Positions 24,965 to 34,389 of a stretch of DNA of 39,171 nt are shown one piece after another (within the stretch, counting starts at the first letter, position 1; each line of letters starts with the position of its first letter). Location: IMG/VR virus record IMGVR_UViG_3300037440_000281, positions 1-39,171 of that record, one strand, 5' to 3'. A program made the translations under genes and the position numbers. The DNA is from a virus. Lineage: Duplodnaviria > Caudoviricetes. Under the pieces are notes generated by a model that saw only the letters and a list, made by a program, of their open reading frames with translations, had not been told where the DNA came from and searched no databases.

Positions 24965-25915
24965 TCACGTTGGGTGAATGAACCGAACGTGCGTCTCGCT
25001 GCCTTCGTCTAAGTCGGCATCCGCGAGTACCTTGAACGGGATTTGACTGGTCACGTCGGCCTGACCCAGTGGATTTGGCTGGCCTGACTGCGGAGCTACT
25101 CTCGGAAAGTCAAACTCCAGCAGCGTCCCGCTACCGGCGTTTAGAGTGGCCTTGAGCGCAACCTCACTGCCATCCCTCACCGCCTGTGGCAAATCACCCT
25201 CACTACCGAAGTACTCGTTGAATGCGCCAGTGATAACGGCAGGGCCCATGGAAGAAAATCGTCCAGCAACTCCATCACGACTCATTCGCGTTTTATCCCG
25301 CGGCAGATTGATTTCACAACTCAGTTCGATCATGCCGGTGACTGGCACTGCATCAATCGTCAGCACTGCATCCGACGCGACTATGCTGTTCAATGACTCG
25401 GTAGCAATTGTCCACACGGGGTCACTGTCAACCGACTGAACGCTGGCGCACATGAAGTCGCATGAAATGTTCGTGATGTTTTGACCTCGGGTCGTACATC
25501 TCAGTGAAGTAATCACGCAGCCGCTATACGTTTCCCACGGTCCAGATTCATAGGCGACGTAGAACTTCAATGACTCGATCACAAATGGTTGGCTACGCTT
25601 TGGCCTGAAAGTGTATGTGGTGTTTCCGGGGTCCTCGACCAAAACAGGGTCTTTGAGACAGAGAAGATTTGACAGCAAAAGCCGCAGAGCGTTACCCGGA
25701 CTCCCCTCAACATCCAATCGCCCGCCAAAGACGTAACCAGCACGCTTCTGACCCGTTTCCTGACGCCACACTGAAACCTTTGTCGTCCTCAAGACTGAGT
25801 CAAATGACGGCTCGAATTGACGGACGCCCGTCACTCGATAAATTGTGCCAGTCCCGGAACCCGCAAATGTTGACTCGGCTTGAACAGCAACCGTTGTGAG
25901 GATTTGCGATTTCAT
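24965..25915 (-). CDS. Phage tail-tube-like protein (Phage_tube_2-like)
   Basis: YSGC.ITSL, ITG.F..YF, LEFDFPRV...P.GQ.DV...IPF pattern. Confidence 0.65.
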   Translation of the reverse strand: MKSQILTTVAVQAESTFAGSGTGTIYRVTGVRQFEPSFDSVLRTTKVSVWRQETGQKRAGYVFGGRLDVEGSPGNALRLLLSNLLCLKDPVLVEDPGNTTYTFRPKRSQPFVIESLKFYVAYESGPWETYSGCVITSLRCTTRGQNITNISCDFMCASVQSVDSDPVWTIATESLNSIVASDAVLTIDAVPVTGMIELSCEINLPRDKTRMSRDGVAGRFSSMGPAVITGAFNEYFGSEGDLPQAVRDGSEVALKATLNAGSGTLLEFDFPRVAPQSGQPNPLGQADVTSQIPFKVLADADLDEGSETHVRFIHPT

Positions 25916-26065
25916 GTGTTTGCGCCGCTCCCTGAATTACGACTGGCGGCGCAGCCATTCACCCTTGCAGCCGTTTCCATGAAACGCCTTACTTACACCG
26001 CAGCGATGTCCACAAAAGACGTTTCTCCCGATTCAGGGTACGGTGCTTCAGTCCAGTGGACAAAT

Positions 26066-26266
26066 TTATCGGCCACTCGGCTGACTGGCGGGACCAGAAA
26101 AGATCGCTTCGGCTTTCGCGTCCAGTTCCGCCGATTCGGTGTCGGTCAACTCATGCGATTGTTGCGCCGCCTCGCGGAGCTTCTGATACACGGCCTTTGA
26201 CTTGGCAGCGGCATCAGCCGCCGCAGCAGCAATACCCAGCACTTCAAGCAAGAGAGCGAAATTCAT
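26066..26266 (-). CDS. Small protein coupled to the lipoprotein
   Basis: ATGA overlap. Confidence 0.65.
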   Translation of the reverse strand: MNFALLLEVLGIAAAAADAAAKSKAVYQKLREAAQQSHELTDTESAELDAKAEAIFSGPASQPSGR

Positions 26267-26757
26267 GGCGATGGTATGGTTGGGGTTGGTGGTTTTGTGA
26301 GCAGTATCCGGATGGAATTGATGAGCGACGTGATCGCGTTATTGGCCTGCAAGATTTCGTTTTCCGACTGATTGGATTGCAAACTCAGCAAGGCAGTTTG
26401 TGCCGCACTCAATGCCGCGGTCACTCTAGCAACATCGTCCATGTTTGGACCGCGCTTGGCTTTGTAGTCGGAAAGAATGACACGACTGGTTTTCCACGCC
26501 TTGGGGAACTCGGCACGATACTTGTCCACAGCCCGGCTGACTTCGGCTGGCAGGCTCAACCGGTTCTGGTATTCCCAGAGCGTCACTTGCTCGTAGATGT
26601 CCAGCGAGCTTCGTTGGATTCGCTCCGCGTTTACGACAACAGAATCTTGACCCTCAGCGATTGCGGCCGGCTTCAGGTTGTTGCAGCCGGTCAGTGGAAC
26701 GATGCAGACGGTAGGAAGCAGGACGGCCAAAGACAGGACCAGAAGGATTCGTTTCAT
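26263..26757 (-). CDS. Helical lipoprotein
   Basis: Signal peptide with LTGC lipobox. Confidence 0.75.
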   Translation of the reverse strand: MKRILLVLSLAVLLPTVCIVPLTGCNNLKPAAIAEGQDSVVVNAERIQRSSLDIYEQVTLWEYQNRLSLPAEVSRAVDKYRAEFPKAWKTSRVILSDYKAKRGPNMDDVARVTAALSAAQTALLSLQSNQSENEILQANNAITSLINSIRILLTKPPTPTIPSP

Positions 26758-26763
26758 GGCTGA

Positions 26764-26793
26764 ACACTACGCCCAGCACTGTGCTGGCGTCAA
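26764..26793 (-). promoter_or_regulatory. Leaderless promoter TTGACG-N18-TAGTGT with a palindromic spacer
   Basis: ATG 6 nt downstream; CCAGCAC-N-GTGCTGG in the spacer. Confidence 0.5.
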
Positions 26794-26852
26794 CCAAAGA
26801 AAATGCCGCGCCCACCTGAGCGCGGCATGAAGCAGTCAGGATTGAGCCAGTC

Positions 26853-27104
26853 TTATTGCTCTGGAACTGGCTTCAGTTCGGGTGCCGACGCTGACAGGCC
26901 AAGATTCTTTGCAGTAGCGCCGATGACTGACAACTTGATTATGTCAGAGATTTCCTCGACGCCTTCGCCAAGATCGGCGTCAGCTTTCACGATGATTTCT
27001 GTGTCACCGGGGTCGTCAGCACTTACCAGCAGAGCGCCGCGCCCGTCCTCGTCAACGACAACCTGTTCTGTTTCACGATCTCGGCTACGGTCGTCATGTC
27101 CCAT
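26853..27104 (-). CDS. Beta-rich Ig-like fragment (ADADLGEGV), possibly 5'-truncated
   Basis: DG..A.LVS...PG.T.I.VKADADLG.GV pattern. Confidence 0.55.
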   Translation of the reverse strand: MGHDDRSRDRETEQVVVDEDGRGALLVSADDPGDTEIIVKADADLGEGVEEISDIIKLSVIGATAKNLGLSASAPELKPVPEQ

Positions 27105-27135
27105 ATCAATGAGTCCTTTGTTGAAGTGAACCAGC

Positions 27136-27282
27136 TTACTTTGAGCCACGCCAGCCGCCAACCAGCACGAATAACCCAGTGACAACGGCCGCGAGGCCAA
27201 TAACCCACCTTGGTATTTCCATGCTGACCAGCATCGTGACTCCAAACAGAATCAGATAGATTCCGAGAATGATGTTTGTCAT
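27136..27282 (-). CDS. 48-aa two-TM protein (MTNIILGIYLILFG...); absent from the ORF track
   Basis: Translated by hand; two hydrophobic helices. Confidence 0.65.
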   Translation of the reverse strand: MTNIILGIYLILFGVTMLVSMEIPRWVIGLAAVVTGLFVLVGGWRGSK

Positions 27283-27324
27283 GACTGACACTAAGACTGG
27301 ATTGCAGATTCGCAACTATGGTTT

Positions 27325-27600
27325 TTACCTATCTACCTCAGTCGAGCGCCGTTTCAACCGATCAATTTCAAGCTGGAGGTCCATCAGCCGCTGCCACTGT
27401 TTGGATTGAACTATTTTCGAGTCGTACTCTGCCTTGTCCAACTGCCTGTGAAGTTCTGAGTTCATCAACTCAAGCTCCCCTTTGGTGGCAAACGCCTGAT
27501 AAAGAAAAATCAGCGCAGCGGCACTTAGACCAGTGCCGCCGCCGATGATTGCAGTCGCCTTTTGCTTTGGCGTAGCCTTCGATAGAAACTCGGTGTTCAA
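27325..27600 (-). CDS. TM plus coiled-coil protein
   Basis: TTG start overlapping the upstream stop. Confidence 0.6.
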   Translation of the reverse strand: MNTEFLSKATPKQKATAIIGGGTGLSAAALIFLYQAFATKGELELMNSELHRQLDKAEYDSKIVQSKQWQRLMDLQLEIDRLKRRSTEVDR

Positions 27601-28034
27601 GTTGACTTGTTTGATTCTTCGGTTTCTCCACCAGTAGTGGTCGTCAAGCCAGTGGTTGCCATTTCCTTGGTCTGACTTCCGATTTGATGAAACCAAGTCC
27701 CAGCAGCGCCCATCGCCAGACCAACACCGACGTTGCCAGTCCAGAACCCAATCTTGGCCGCAATGAAGTCAATCCCGACACCAATGAACGGCGCCAGCCA
27801 AGGCCACATCTGGTCAGGAATGAACCCGACGAACTTCCTGAACAGCATCACGAACACCGTCGTCACTGGCACGATGAACACCTTGACCCAACTGTATTTG
27901 GACAGAGTGTCCCGAATGGCCTCGTCTTTTGGTGTTATCTCATAGGCGTTCGTTTGGGCGAACAAGTCAAACGACACGATTAACGCTGCCGCAATTAAGA
28001 GCAGCCCGATCAAGTTTCGAGTTATGATTTTCAT
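27597..28034 (-). CDS. Holin-like membrane protein
   Basis: 3-4 TM segments; IP....P..A..IG...G.A.G.AG...HQ...Q. Confidence 0.6.
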   Translation of the reverse strand: MKIITRNLIGLLLIAAALIVSFDLFAQTNAYEITPKDEAIRDTLSKYSWVKVFIVPVTTVFVMLFRKFVGFIPDQMWPWLAPFIGVGIDFIAAKIGFWTGNVGVGLAMGAAGTWFHQIGSQTKEMATTGLTTTTGGETEESNKST

Positions 28035-28037
28035 GTT

Positions 28038-28412
28038 TTAGTTGATTCCTACCACGAATTTTGAACGCTTTGCCTTGCCAGTATTCCCCTTCCTGATCTC
28101 CAAGGCTTTCAATCTCAGATTCAGCCCGGCCAGTATGTCACACAGATCGTTGTGCGCCCAGATTGGATTAAGTTGCCTCAATGCAGCAATGGCAGTGCTC
28201 TGCGACTTCACAAGCTTATGGTCAACATCTCCCTCCCACGCTCGCTCGGCTTCTGCCAGCGTGTCAACCGTTCGTGTAGATGGCTGTATCTGGCACATTG
28301 GATTGGTGCATACGATCTGAAACATCTCTCTATGAAAAAGCTTTGGCCGCTTGCCACACCAACGACACGGTGAGTAACGTTTCTCGATTGACTTCTTTTT
28401 CCGGCCTTTCAC
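28038..28412 (-). CDS. Lar (restriction alleviation)-like zinc-finger protein
   Basis: PCRWCG..P...IVC...C......T..EA..AW. Confidence 0.55.
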   Translation of the reverse strand: MKGRKKKSIEKRYSPCRWCGKRPKLFHREMFQIVCTNPMCQIQPSTRTVDTLAEAERAWEGDVDHKLVKSQSTAIAALRQLNPIWAHNDLCDILAGLNLRLKALEIRKGNTGKAKRSKFVVGIN

Positions 28413-28750
28413 GGTTGGTTGGTAGCAAACAGAGACGGATTCGGTAGCAAAAAGTTTTTCGCTTCCAATGGCCGGCGTCCTGTTGGCACCGGCCTCCACT
28501 CCAGCACTGTCCGATTGGTTGACAGCATCACTGTGTTGGTCAGATAACCGGGTACGATTACGGTCGCTACGGCAATCTCTGTTCGCACCTTTTGATTGCC
28601 CGAAGGATGCAGAATCTCAGTAATGTTCGTGCTGAAACAGACATGCGCGATGACTGCTATGTCGCCCTTCTGAACCTCCACCTTGTTGCTGATCTCACCG
28701 CCAACCAGAACAATAGCCAACATCACAACGATGAATGCGGTGGATTTCAT
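28409..28750 (-). CDS. Secreted or membrane-anchored hypothetical protein
   Basis: Signal peptide; repeated STN/TN motifs. Confidence 0.6.
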   Translation of the reverse strand: MKSTAFIVVMLAIVLVGGEISNKVEVQKGDIAVIAHVCFSTNITEILHPSGNQKVRTEIAVATVIVPGYLTNTVMLSTNRTVLEWRPVPTGRRPLEAKNFLLPNPSLFATNQP

Positions 28751-29184
28751 ATTTGTGGGCCGATAACAGGCTTCAGCATAGCAGAAATGGTCAAAGAGTC
28801 CACGGGTTTTTGATACACCCTGAGTCCGAATCGCTCGCATTCGCGTATGATGCTGTCGTTCAGATGGCCGCTGACAATTATGATCTGCGTCTCTGGCCAC
28901 ATGCGACGAAGCGCCGCAGCCACGGCTATCCCGCTTCGACCGCCCGGCAAAGACAAGTCAATGAATGCCGCGGCGAACGGGATGGCGAGCTTTATCATGT
29001 GAATAGCTTCCTCAGCACTCCCGGCGATTTGTGGTTCAGCCCCGTTCCGCTGAATCACAGTAGCAATCAGTTCCGCATCTTGTTGATCGTTTTCGACAAC
29101 GAGAACACGTAGCGGCGGCGCAGACATCGAATGAACATGCTTCAAACCTTCAAGGTCTTGCATTATGGCGTCGTGTAATGTCAT
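28747..29184 (-). CDS. Stand-alone response-regulator receiver (CheY-like) protein
   Basis: RVLVVEND, FIDLSLPG.SG, IIIVSG, KP. Confidence 0.85.
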   Translation of the reverse strand: MTLHDAIMQDLEGLKHVHSMSAPPLRVLVVENDQQDAELIATVIQRNGAEPQIAGSAEEAIHMIKLAIPFAAAFIDLSLPGGRSGIAVAAALRRMWPETQIIIVSGHLNDSIIRECERFGLRVYQKPVDSLTISAMLKPVIGPQI

Positions 29185-29525
29185 AGCTTTCCTACTAGAT
29201 AGCTGACCAACGCGCCCACTGTTGCAGCAATTACGATCTCCAGCCAATGGGTAAAAGACCTGCCACGCCGAATTTCTTCAGCGTGTTTCTTTCGCACCTG
29301 CCGATTGAACACAACCACCCGCAGCCAGAGATATTCGAGAGCATGAACCGTTTTGCTGTCAGCAAGAATGAGCGGATGAAATCTGGCATCAAACTTCTTG
29401 AGTTCGTCCTCGCCGATTGAACCTTTGAAGTCCTCTCCAGATGGAAGCTCAATCGCCTTGACAACGAGTCGTCTTGCCACTTCCGGCTCAATATCTTCGT
29501 CGGGTAACTTGTAGTTGAAATCCAC
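29181..29525 (-). CDS. Hypothetical protein with a C-terminal TM helix
   Basis: Coupled to the receiver gene. Confidence 0.65.
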   Translation of the reverse strand: MDFNYKLPDEDIEPEVARRLVVKAIELPSGEDFKGSIGEDELKKFDARFHPLILADSKTVHALEYLWLRVVVFNRQVRKKHAEEIRRGRSFTHWLEIVIAATVGALVSYLVGKL

Positions 29526-29601
29526 TGATTCACTTTTGAACTTGAAAGGATGACTCAGCAGTCTCAGCGACTCCAGAGTTCACTTCCTCTCGGTGAATGG
29601 A

Positions 29602-29946
29602 TTACGGCCCCAGTCGAATTGATGCGTCGCTGCGGGGCAAGGGCGGCGTCCCAGCGACGTTGGAAAAAGAAGATTCGCCCCACCAGTTGCTAGAAGTGAG
29701 CACGAAGAACCGCTGATTCGCATCAATCGGCAAGCTGATCTGCGAATTGGTAGCAACCACTGTCCGGTATAACGGCCAGTTCGTTACCGAAAGGTTAATG
29801 TTGGTTGTTGAATACACCTTGAAGACAAGGTTCGTTGAGAGTTCGTTCGCAGGGTAGTTGAGCACCTGCAAGGTCAGGTTCGTGCGCAGCGGAGCAGCCA
29901 GAACAGCCGCTGCCATTAGCGTCAGAAATAAGAAGGTTCGTATCAT
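29602..29946 (-). CDS. Secreted beta-rich (Fn3-like) protein
   Basis: Signal peptide; YSTTN....NW, FFVLT.SN..GES.FSN. Confidence 0.7.
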   Translation of the reverse strand: MIRTFLFLTLMAAAVLAAPLRTNLTLQVLNYPANELSTNLVFKVYSTTNINLSVTNWPLYRTVVATNSQISLPIDANQRFFVLTSSNWWGESSFSNVAGTPPLPRSDASIRLGP

Positions 29947-30278
29947 GGTTTGATTTGGATTATTGGTGTTTTTGGTTTTTGCGCAGAAACAGTGTAGGTC
30001 AATTCGTCAGAGAAAACTGACTCTGTTCCCAAAGCATTGTAAGCAGTCGCTGCGAAGTGGTATGTCTGGCCAACCGTCATATTTGTATCAGTGGCCTGTA
30101 ACGCGCTGCCAACGTCAAGCTGATTGGTGTAGCTCCTTACGCCAACCCCGTAGTAAAGCTTGTATCCCGTCACTGTGCCATCTGGCGACGGATCCCACGC
30201 AACCGTTACCGTCGCGCCGATGACAGCACATGCCATTGCCACAAGCAGCAGTACCATCACGACCAGTTTATATCTCAT
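29943..30278 (-). CDS. Secreted fibronectin type III domain protein
   Basis: VTVAWDPS....GYKLYYG...YHFAATAYN..G.ES..S.E. Confidence 0.85.
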   Translation of the reverse strand: MRYKLVVMVLLLVAMACAVIGATVTVAWDPSPDGTVTGYKLYYGVGVRSYTNQLDVGSALQATDTNMTVGQTYHFAATAYNALGTESVFSDELTYTVSAQKPKTPIIQIKP

Positions 30279-30573
30279 ACCCATGCTGGTTGAAACGTCG
30301 TTTGATTGTACTCCAGACAGAATTTAGATCGCTCATTCGATTATGGCAACCGCCCTTGTCCGGGTGTTCGCGAACCAATTTTTCTCGGTAAAGCTGGCGA
30401 GCCTTTTCCAGCACTGCAAGATGATTGATTTTCCGCGTCCAGAACGATCCATTGCTACGCTGGCGCTTGACGTAGAGCAATGATCGTGGCACCCCCAGCG
30501 ATAGCAACTGGCTGATAGTGTATCCCTCTGTCCTGCGTTGGCCGCGTTGTTTTACTACGTTCATGCGAGTCAT
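30268..30573 (-). CDS. J-domain-like (HPD) protein
   Basis: YRE.....HPDKGG....M..LN..W..IK. Confidence 0.7.
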   Translation of the reverse strand: MTRMNVVKQRGQRRTEGYTISQLLSLGVPRSLLYVKRQRSNGSFWTRKINHLAVLEKARQLYREKLVREHPDKGGCHNRMSDLNSVWSTIKRRFNQHGYEI

Positions 30574-30620
30574 GCTGAAAGATATTTACGGTGTATCTTT
30601 GTATCTATTACAATCAAAGA

Positions 30621-30980
30621 ATGAAGCTTTGTAAAATCACCGGCTGTGGTAATTCTGCACATTGGAGGGACGATGGCAAACGCGGCATGTGTCACATGCA
30701 CTACGCAAGATGGCGGAGACATGGCAATCCTAACGTGTGCAAATATGCCAACGATGGAGAGGGTTGCGTCGTTAAAGGCTACAGGCGTCTCACAATCGGC
30801 GGGAAATACGTTTACGAACATCGCGCAGTGATGGAGCGGCATCTTGGAAGATCACTCAGCAAGAAGGAAATTGTTCATCACAAGAATGGAAATCCTCTGG
30901 ACAATAGAATTGAGAATCTTGAGTTGCTGATTAACCAAAGCCATCATGCACACCTACACGCAAAGCAGCGTCGGTCTTAA
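30621..30980 (+). CDS. HNH endonuclease (HNH_3-like), inverted relative to the operon
   Basis: C...GC...C..HY.RW.RHG.P; YEHR.VME..LGR.L...[17 protein letters not shown]. Confidence 0.9.
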   Translation: MKLCKITGCGNSAHWRDDGKRGMCHMHYARWRRHGNPNVCKYANDGEGCVVKGYRRLTIGGKYVYEHRAVMERHLGRSLSKKEIVHHKNGNPLDNRIENLELLINQSHHAHLHAKQRRS

Positions 30981-31711
30981 GCGGCGCCTTTTATCAAACC
31001 CTTCTCGACCAAGGCAGCGCGGAGTTCGTTCAGCAGTGTTTGAATCGCGGCAAAGTTTGCGTCCACAGCAGCCTTGTCCACGGTGTCAGCACCAGTCACA
31101 TCGGCATCGAGTGACACCGCAGCTTGAGCGGCTCCGGCTCTTTGTGCGACCGCAGCGCTGCCGTGAAAGGCAATCTTTTGTCCGACCGCCGTCCCGATCT
31201 GGGTGCCAGTCCCCGTGCCGAGCACTACGTTTTTCGCGTCGGCAATCGTCAATGTCCCCCCGGCCTCGTCAATCACTGCCACAGTGACCGGCACCAGCCG
31301 CTGTGTCGCTGCATTCCACATCCAAAGCTTGCCGTCGTCACCGGCCAGCATCCGCACCCGCTTCGTCAGCCCGCGCATCAGATTGTCGTTGGCTACTTGA
31401 TCCGTGCGATACAGCTTGAACGACTGCGAGGCTACAGTGCCGCTCACGGTAACAGTAACAGTCGTTGAATTGGTAAACCCACCGGCTGCAATAACTCGTG
31501 TCGTGCCATCCGCAAACCGAATCGTCGCGCCTTCATCGTCTGCCGTGAACACCGCAGCCGAGGCCGTGACTACCGTCGTGGCCTGCGAGGCCGTCAACCC
31601 TTGTGACGGCGAGAACCACCCGTCTATGTTGTTCCAGTTGCCGTTAATTATTGAATTCAGCGACCCAGAACTTGTTGGATGGTTCTCAAGATTTGCGTTG
31701 TAAAGAATCAT
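30977..31711 (-). CDS. Fibre/decoration-like virion protein
   Basis: T/A/G-rich; C-terminal [15 protein letters not shown]; follows the tail protein gene. Confidence 0.6.
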   Translation of the reverse strand: MILYNANLENHPTSSGSLNSIINGNWNNIDGWFSPSQGLTASQATTVVTASAAVFTADDEGATIRFADGTTRVIAAGGFTNSTTVTVTVSGTVASQSFKLYRTDQVANDNLMRGLTKRVRMLAGDDGKLWMWNAATQRLVPVTVAVIDEAGGTLTIADAKNVVLGTGTGTQIGTAVGQKIAFHGSAAVAQRAGAAQAAVSLDADVTGADTVDKAAVDANFAAIQTLLNELRAALVEKGLIKGAA

Positions 31712-34389
31712 AGGCTGAACTCCGCATAGTAATTCGACAGACGGTTTGTCTGCGTGAACACTCGAAAGACTACCGCACCTGCCAGCTTGTTGACAACCAA
31801 AGTTACTGTCCCCGGCACTTCCAAAGTCGGCGCCACGAACACCGAAGTATTCGGCATCGGTTCCTCACTCAACTGAACGCCAGCAGCGTCCAATTGCATG
31901 ACGGCATAGGTCTGATCTCGCAGCGTGCCAATCGGATTCCGAGCAGTGGTGTAGAACGGAATATCCGTTCCGACATCATGGTAAGTCGGACGCACCACGA
32001 TTGTCACCGTCGCCCCGCCGTCAGCGATGGACACCGGCTCGGGCAACAATGGCCGCTTCGCTGTGGCCAAAAATAGCGTATCGTTGTCGCCGTAGTGGAA
32101 TATCTGCGCGTTTACATAGACGCCCAATCCAAGGAAAGGAAAGCCGCTACGTTCTACAGGCTGCAATCGGAAAAAGATTTCTTCACCTTCACCACTCACC
32201 AGCGGGAATTGCTTGTTGGTCGGCCAGTTTCGGAAATAAACCACTTTCGCGTCAACCGGATGTTGCATGACGCGAGTGCCAAATGCTCCACGAATGATGT
32301 TCCGCATCCGATAGCGACCTAGCGTCACTTGTTCCAGCAAACCAACCTGCATGACTTCTTCCTCGATCAAAATGTAGTGAAGCCGAGCATCGCCCAAGGC
32401 CGTCAGATGGTCCGTGTCCTCGTCTATCAGCGTCACAGAATCCAGATCAATCTGGTTGAACTCAGCCGCGCTGAAGTCCACCTGAAACCCTGCCGCACTG
32501 CGATTCCAGTTTTCGTTGCCGGGCATCGCGTCAACCAACTCACCTACTTGCGCTATGACGCCGGCAAACCCCTCGAATCTATTGCCACTCGCAAACGCCA
32601 TGTGCGTGTAAGTCACTTCGTCAAAAGACCGCCAGACCCTCGCTGCGGCATGGCTGGCTCGCAGCCGATTCATGCCAACGATGATTGTGCCGCCGTTGTC
32701 GTTGAACACTTCAGGCACCTCGAACACGAACGCAAAGGCATTGGCATCCTCCAGTTCCAAGTCCGACAAGTAAACGTCGTCAGGGTCAACCGGCACAATC
32801 CGTTCCCAAGGATGGACGGTCGGAATGACCGGGTCCGATTCTTCGCCTTGAATCGGTGACAGCGTTTGATCTTCGACCGCGGTTACTTTGATCGAGTCGT
32901 CGTCAGAGCCGCCGTCCTGCACTTGCATGACCAGCCAATAGGACGTGACTACTTGCGACGTGAACTCGCCCCAGATAATCCGCACCACATCGCCCACGGC
33001 CACATGCGATTTGAACCGGTTCATTTCCCATTGCGCAGAGCGCCACGGGTAGGACAGTTCGGACAGCAGCCGCGCCGTTTGTTGGTAAGCCAGATTCCAG
33101 TTGTTGAACCCCGGCAACTGAATCCGCTGCGGTACGATTCTACCGTTTAGAATTTCCACGTTGCCAATGTCCTGAGCCGTCACGCTGTCCGGCCGTTCGC
33201 CGCGTTCACTCGAAGTGAACTCCGCACGCAGTTCATTCGTCGTGGCTTCCCAAAGCGGCACGCCAAGGGTCAACTGACTCAACTCAGAATCGCGCAACGT
33301 CAGAATGTTTGAGTGCGTCTCAGTGATGTCCAAGAGCGATTTCAGTTTGTAAACCTCGCCATCCCAAGTGAGCAACGTCCGGCAATGACTCTGGATGCCT
33401 TCCAGGAACGAGCCGATGTCATCTGACTGCTCGACTACCAGACCAAGCCCGATGTTCTTGGTTTCGTAGTACTCAGACGTGGCGATGAAACTGTCCTCGT
33501 CAATGATGTCGCTCGACAGACCACGGCCCCACACCTTGTTGGTCAGGACTTCGTAGTAGATCGCAGCCGGGTTTGCCAGATGATAGGACGGATTTCCACT
33601 GTCCGCACTGCCGCGTACTTTGATGCCGGTCACAGTCGAGCCATCGTCACGGATGCACCGGCACCGGCGCCGTACCATGAATTGATACGTCGCAATGGTT
33701 GGTTGAGTGCCGAGCGAGAAGCCGCGGCCGCCAGCCGACACGCCGAACAATGCCCAAGCGATGTTCTTGTAATCTATGCCAGTGCCCGCGTATGGGTCGG
33801 CGGCACCCAGCCGCACCTGCTCTGGTCCACCGCGATAAACCCGAACCACACCACCGTCAGGATGGTCGTCGTTGTCGTCAATGAATTCATCCTCAGCAGC
33901 CAGCGTGATTTCGATTGAATCGTCAACGTCGAACTCCACCCACGGGTCCGGCGCGTCAATCATCGGTCGCTCTCCCGGCATCCCAAACACCTGACCCACG
34001 GCGTCAATCTCGCCCATGCACAGGTCCATCTCCCATTTGTGGTAGTAGTTGAAGCCTATCCCTTGCTTTGGGCCGGGGTCCGATGCAGGCGTGAACAGTT
34101 CCTTGCTCGAAAAGAAATTCTTGTTTGACCGAATAAAGTTCGGCGTGACCCGAGCCGTGCCAAAGACAACCGCAAACGGCATCCCGGTAACAGCGGAAGC
34201 AATCTTCAAGTCTTGAACCGCGGCCATGTTCTGACTGTCCGCTTTTGGCTTGTAACTCATGCCAATGGCGCCGCCGGCCAATAGCAGGATGCCGGACACG
34301 ACAAGCTGTGGCTGGCCAAAGTACGCACCGCCGACAATCAGCACGGCGCCCAGCACCATCGAACCAATGGATGTCGTTTGGCCGCTCAT
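31708..34389 (-). CDS. Central tail/tip protein (Phage-tail_3, GTA-like)
   Basis: G.P...VFGT.RV.PN, LC.GEID, ANPA.I.YE.LT...WG.G, RGAFGT...H. Confidence 0.85.
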   Translation of the reverse strand: MSGQTTSIGSMVLGAVLIVGGAYFGQPQLVVSGILLLAGGAIGMSYKPKADSQNMAAVQDLKIASAVTGMPFAVVFGTARVTPNFIRSNKNFFSSKELFTPASDPGPKQGIGFNYYHKWEMDLCMGEIDAVGQVFGMPGERPMIDAPDPWVEFDVDDSIEITLAAEDEFIDDNDDHPDGGVVRVYRGGPEQVRLGAADPYAGTGIDYKNIAWALFGVSAGGRGFSLGTQPTIATYQFMVRRRCRCIRDDGSTVTGIKVRGSADSGNPSYHLANPAAIYYEVLTNKVWGRGLSSDIIDEDSFIATSEYYETKNIGLGLVVEQSDDIGSFLEGIQSHCRTLLTWDGEVYKLKSLLDITETHSNILTLRDSELSQLTLGVPLWEATTNELRAEFTSSERGERPDSVTAQDIGNVEILNGRIVPQRIQLPGFNNWNLAYQQTARLLSELSYPWRSAQWEMNRFKSHVAVGDVVRIIWGEFTSQVVTSYWLVMQVQDGGSDDDSIKVTAVEDQTLSPIQGEESDPVIPTVHPWERIVPVDPDDVYLSDLELEDANAFAFVFEVPEVFNDNGGTIIVGMNRLRASHAAARVWRSFDEVTYTHMAFASGNRFEGFAGVIAQVGELVDAMPGNENWNRSAAGFQVDFSAAEFNQIDLDSVTLIDEDTDHLTALGDARLHYILIEEEVMQVGLLEQVTLGRYRMRNIIRGAFGTRVMQHPVDAKVVYFRNWPTNKQFPLVSGEGEEIFFRLQPVERSGFPFLGLGVYVNAQIFHYGDNDTLFLATAKRPLLPEPVSIADGGATVTIVVRPTYHDVGTDIPFYTTARNPIGTLRDQTYAVMQLDAAGVQLSEEPMPNTSVFVAPTLEVPGTVTLVVNKLAGAVVFRVFTQTNRLSNYYAEFSL

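Noticed and set aside
451-27080. Other AACAGA/TCTGTT copies (e.g. near 456, 14377, 26638, 27063)
   Set aside because: They lie inside coding sequence away from starts or hairpins, and are counted as background
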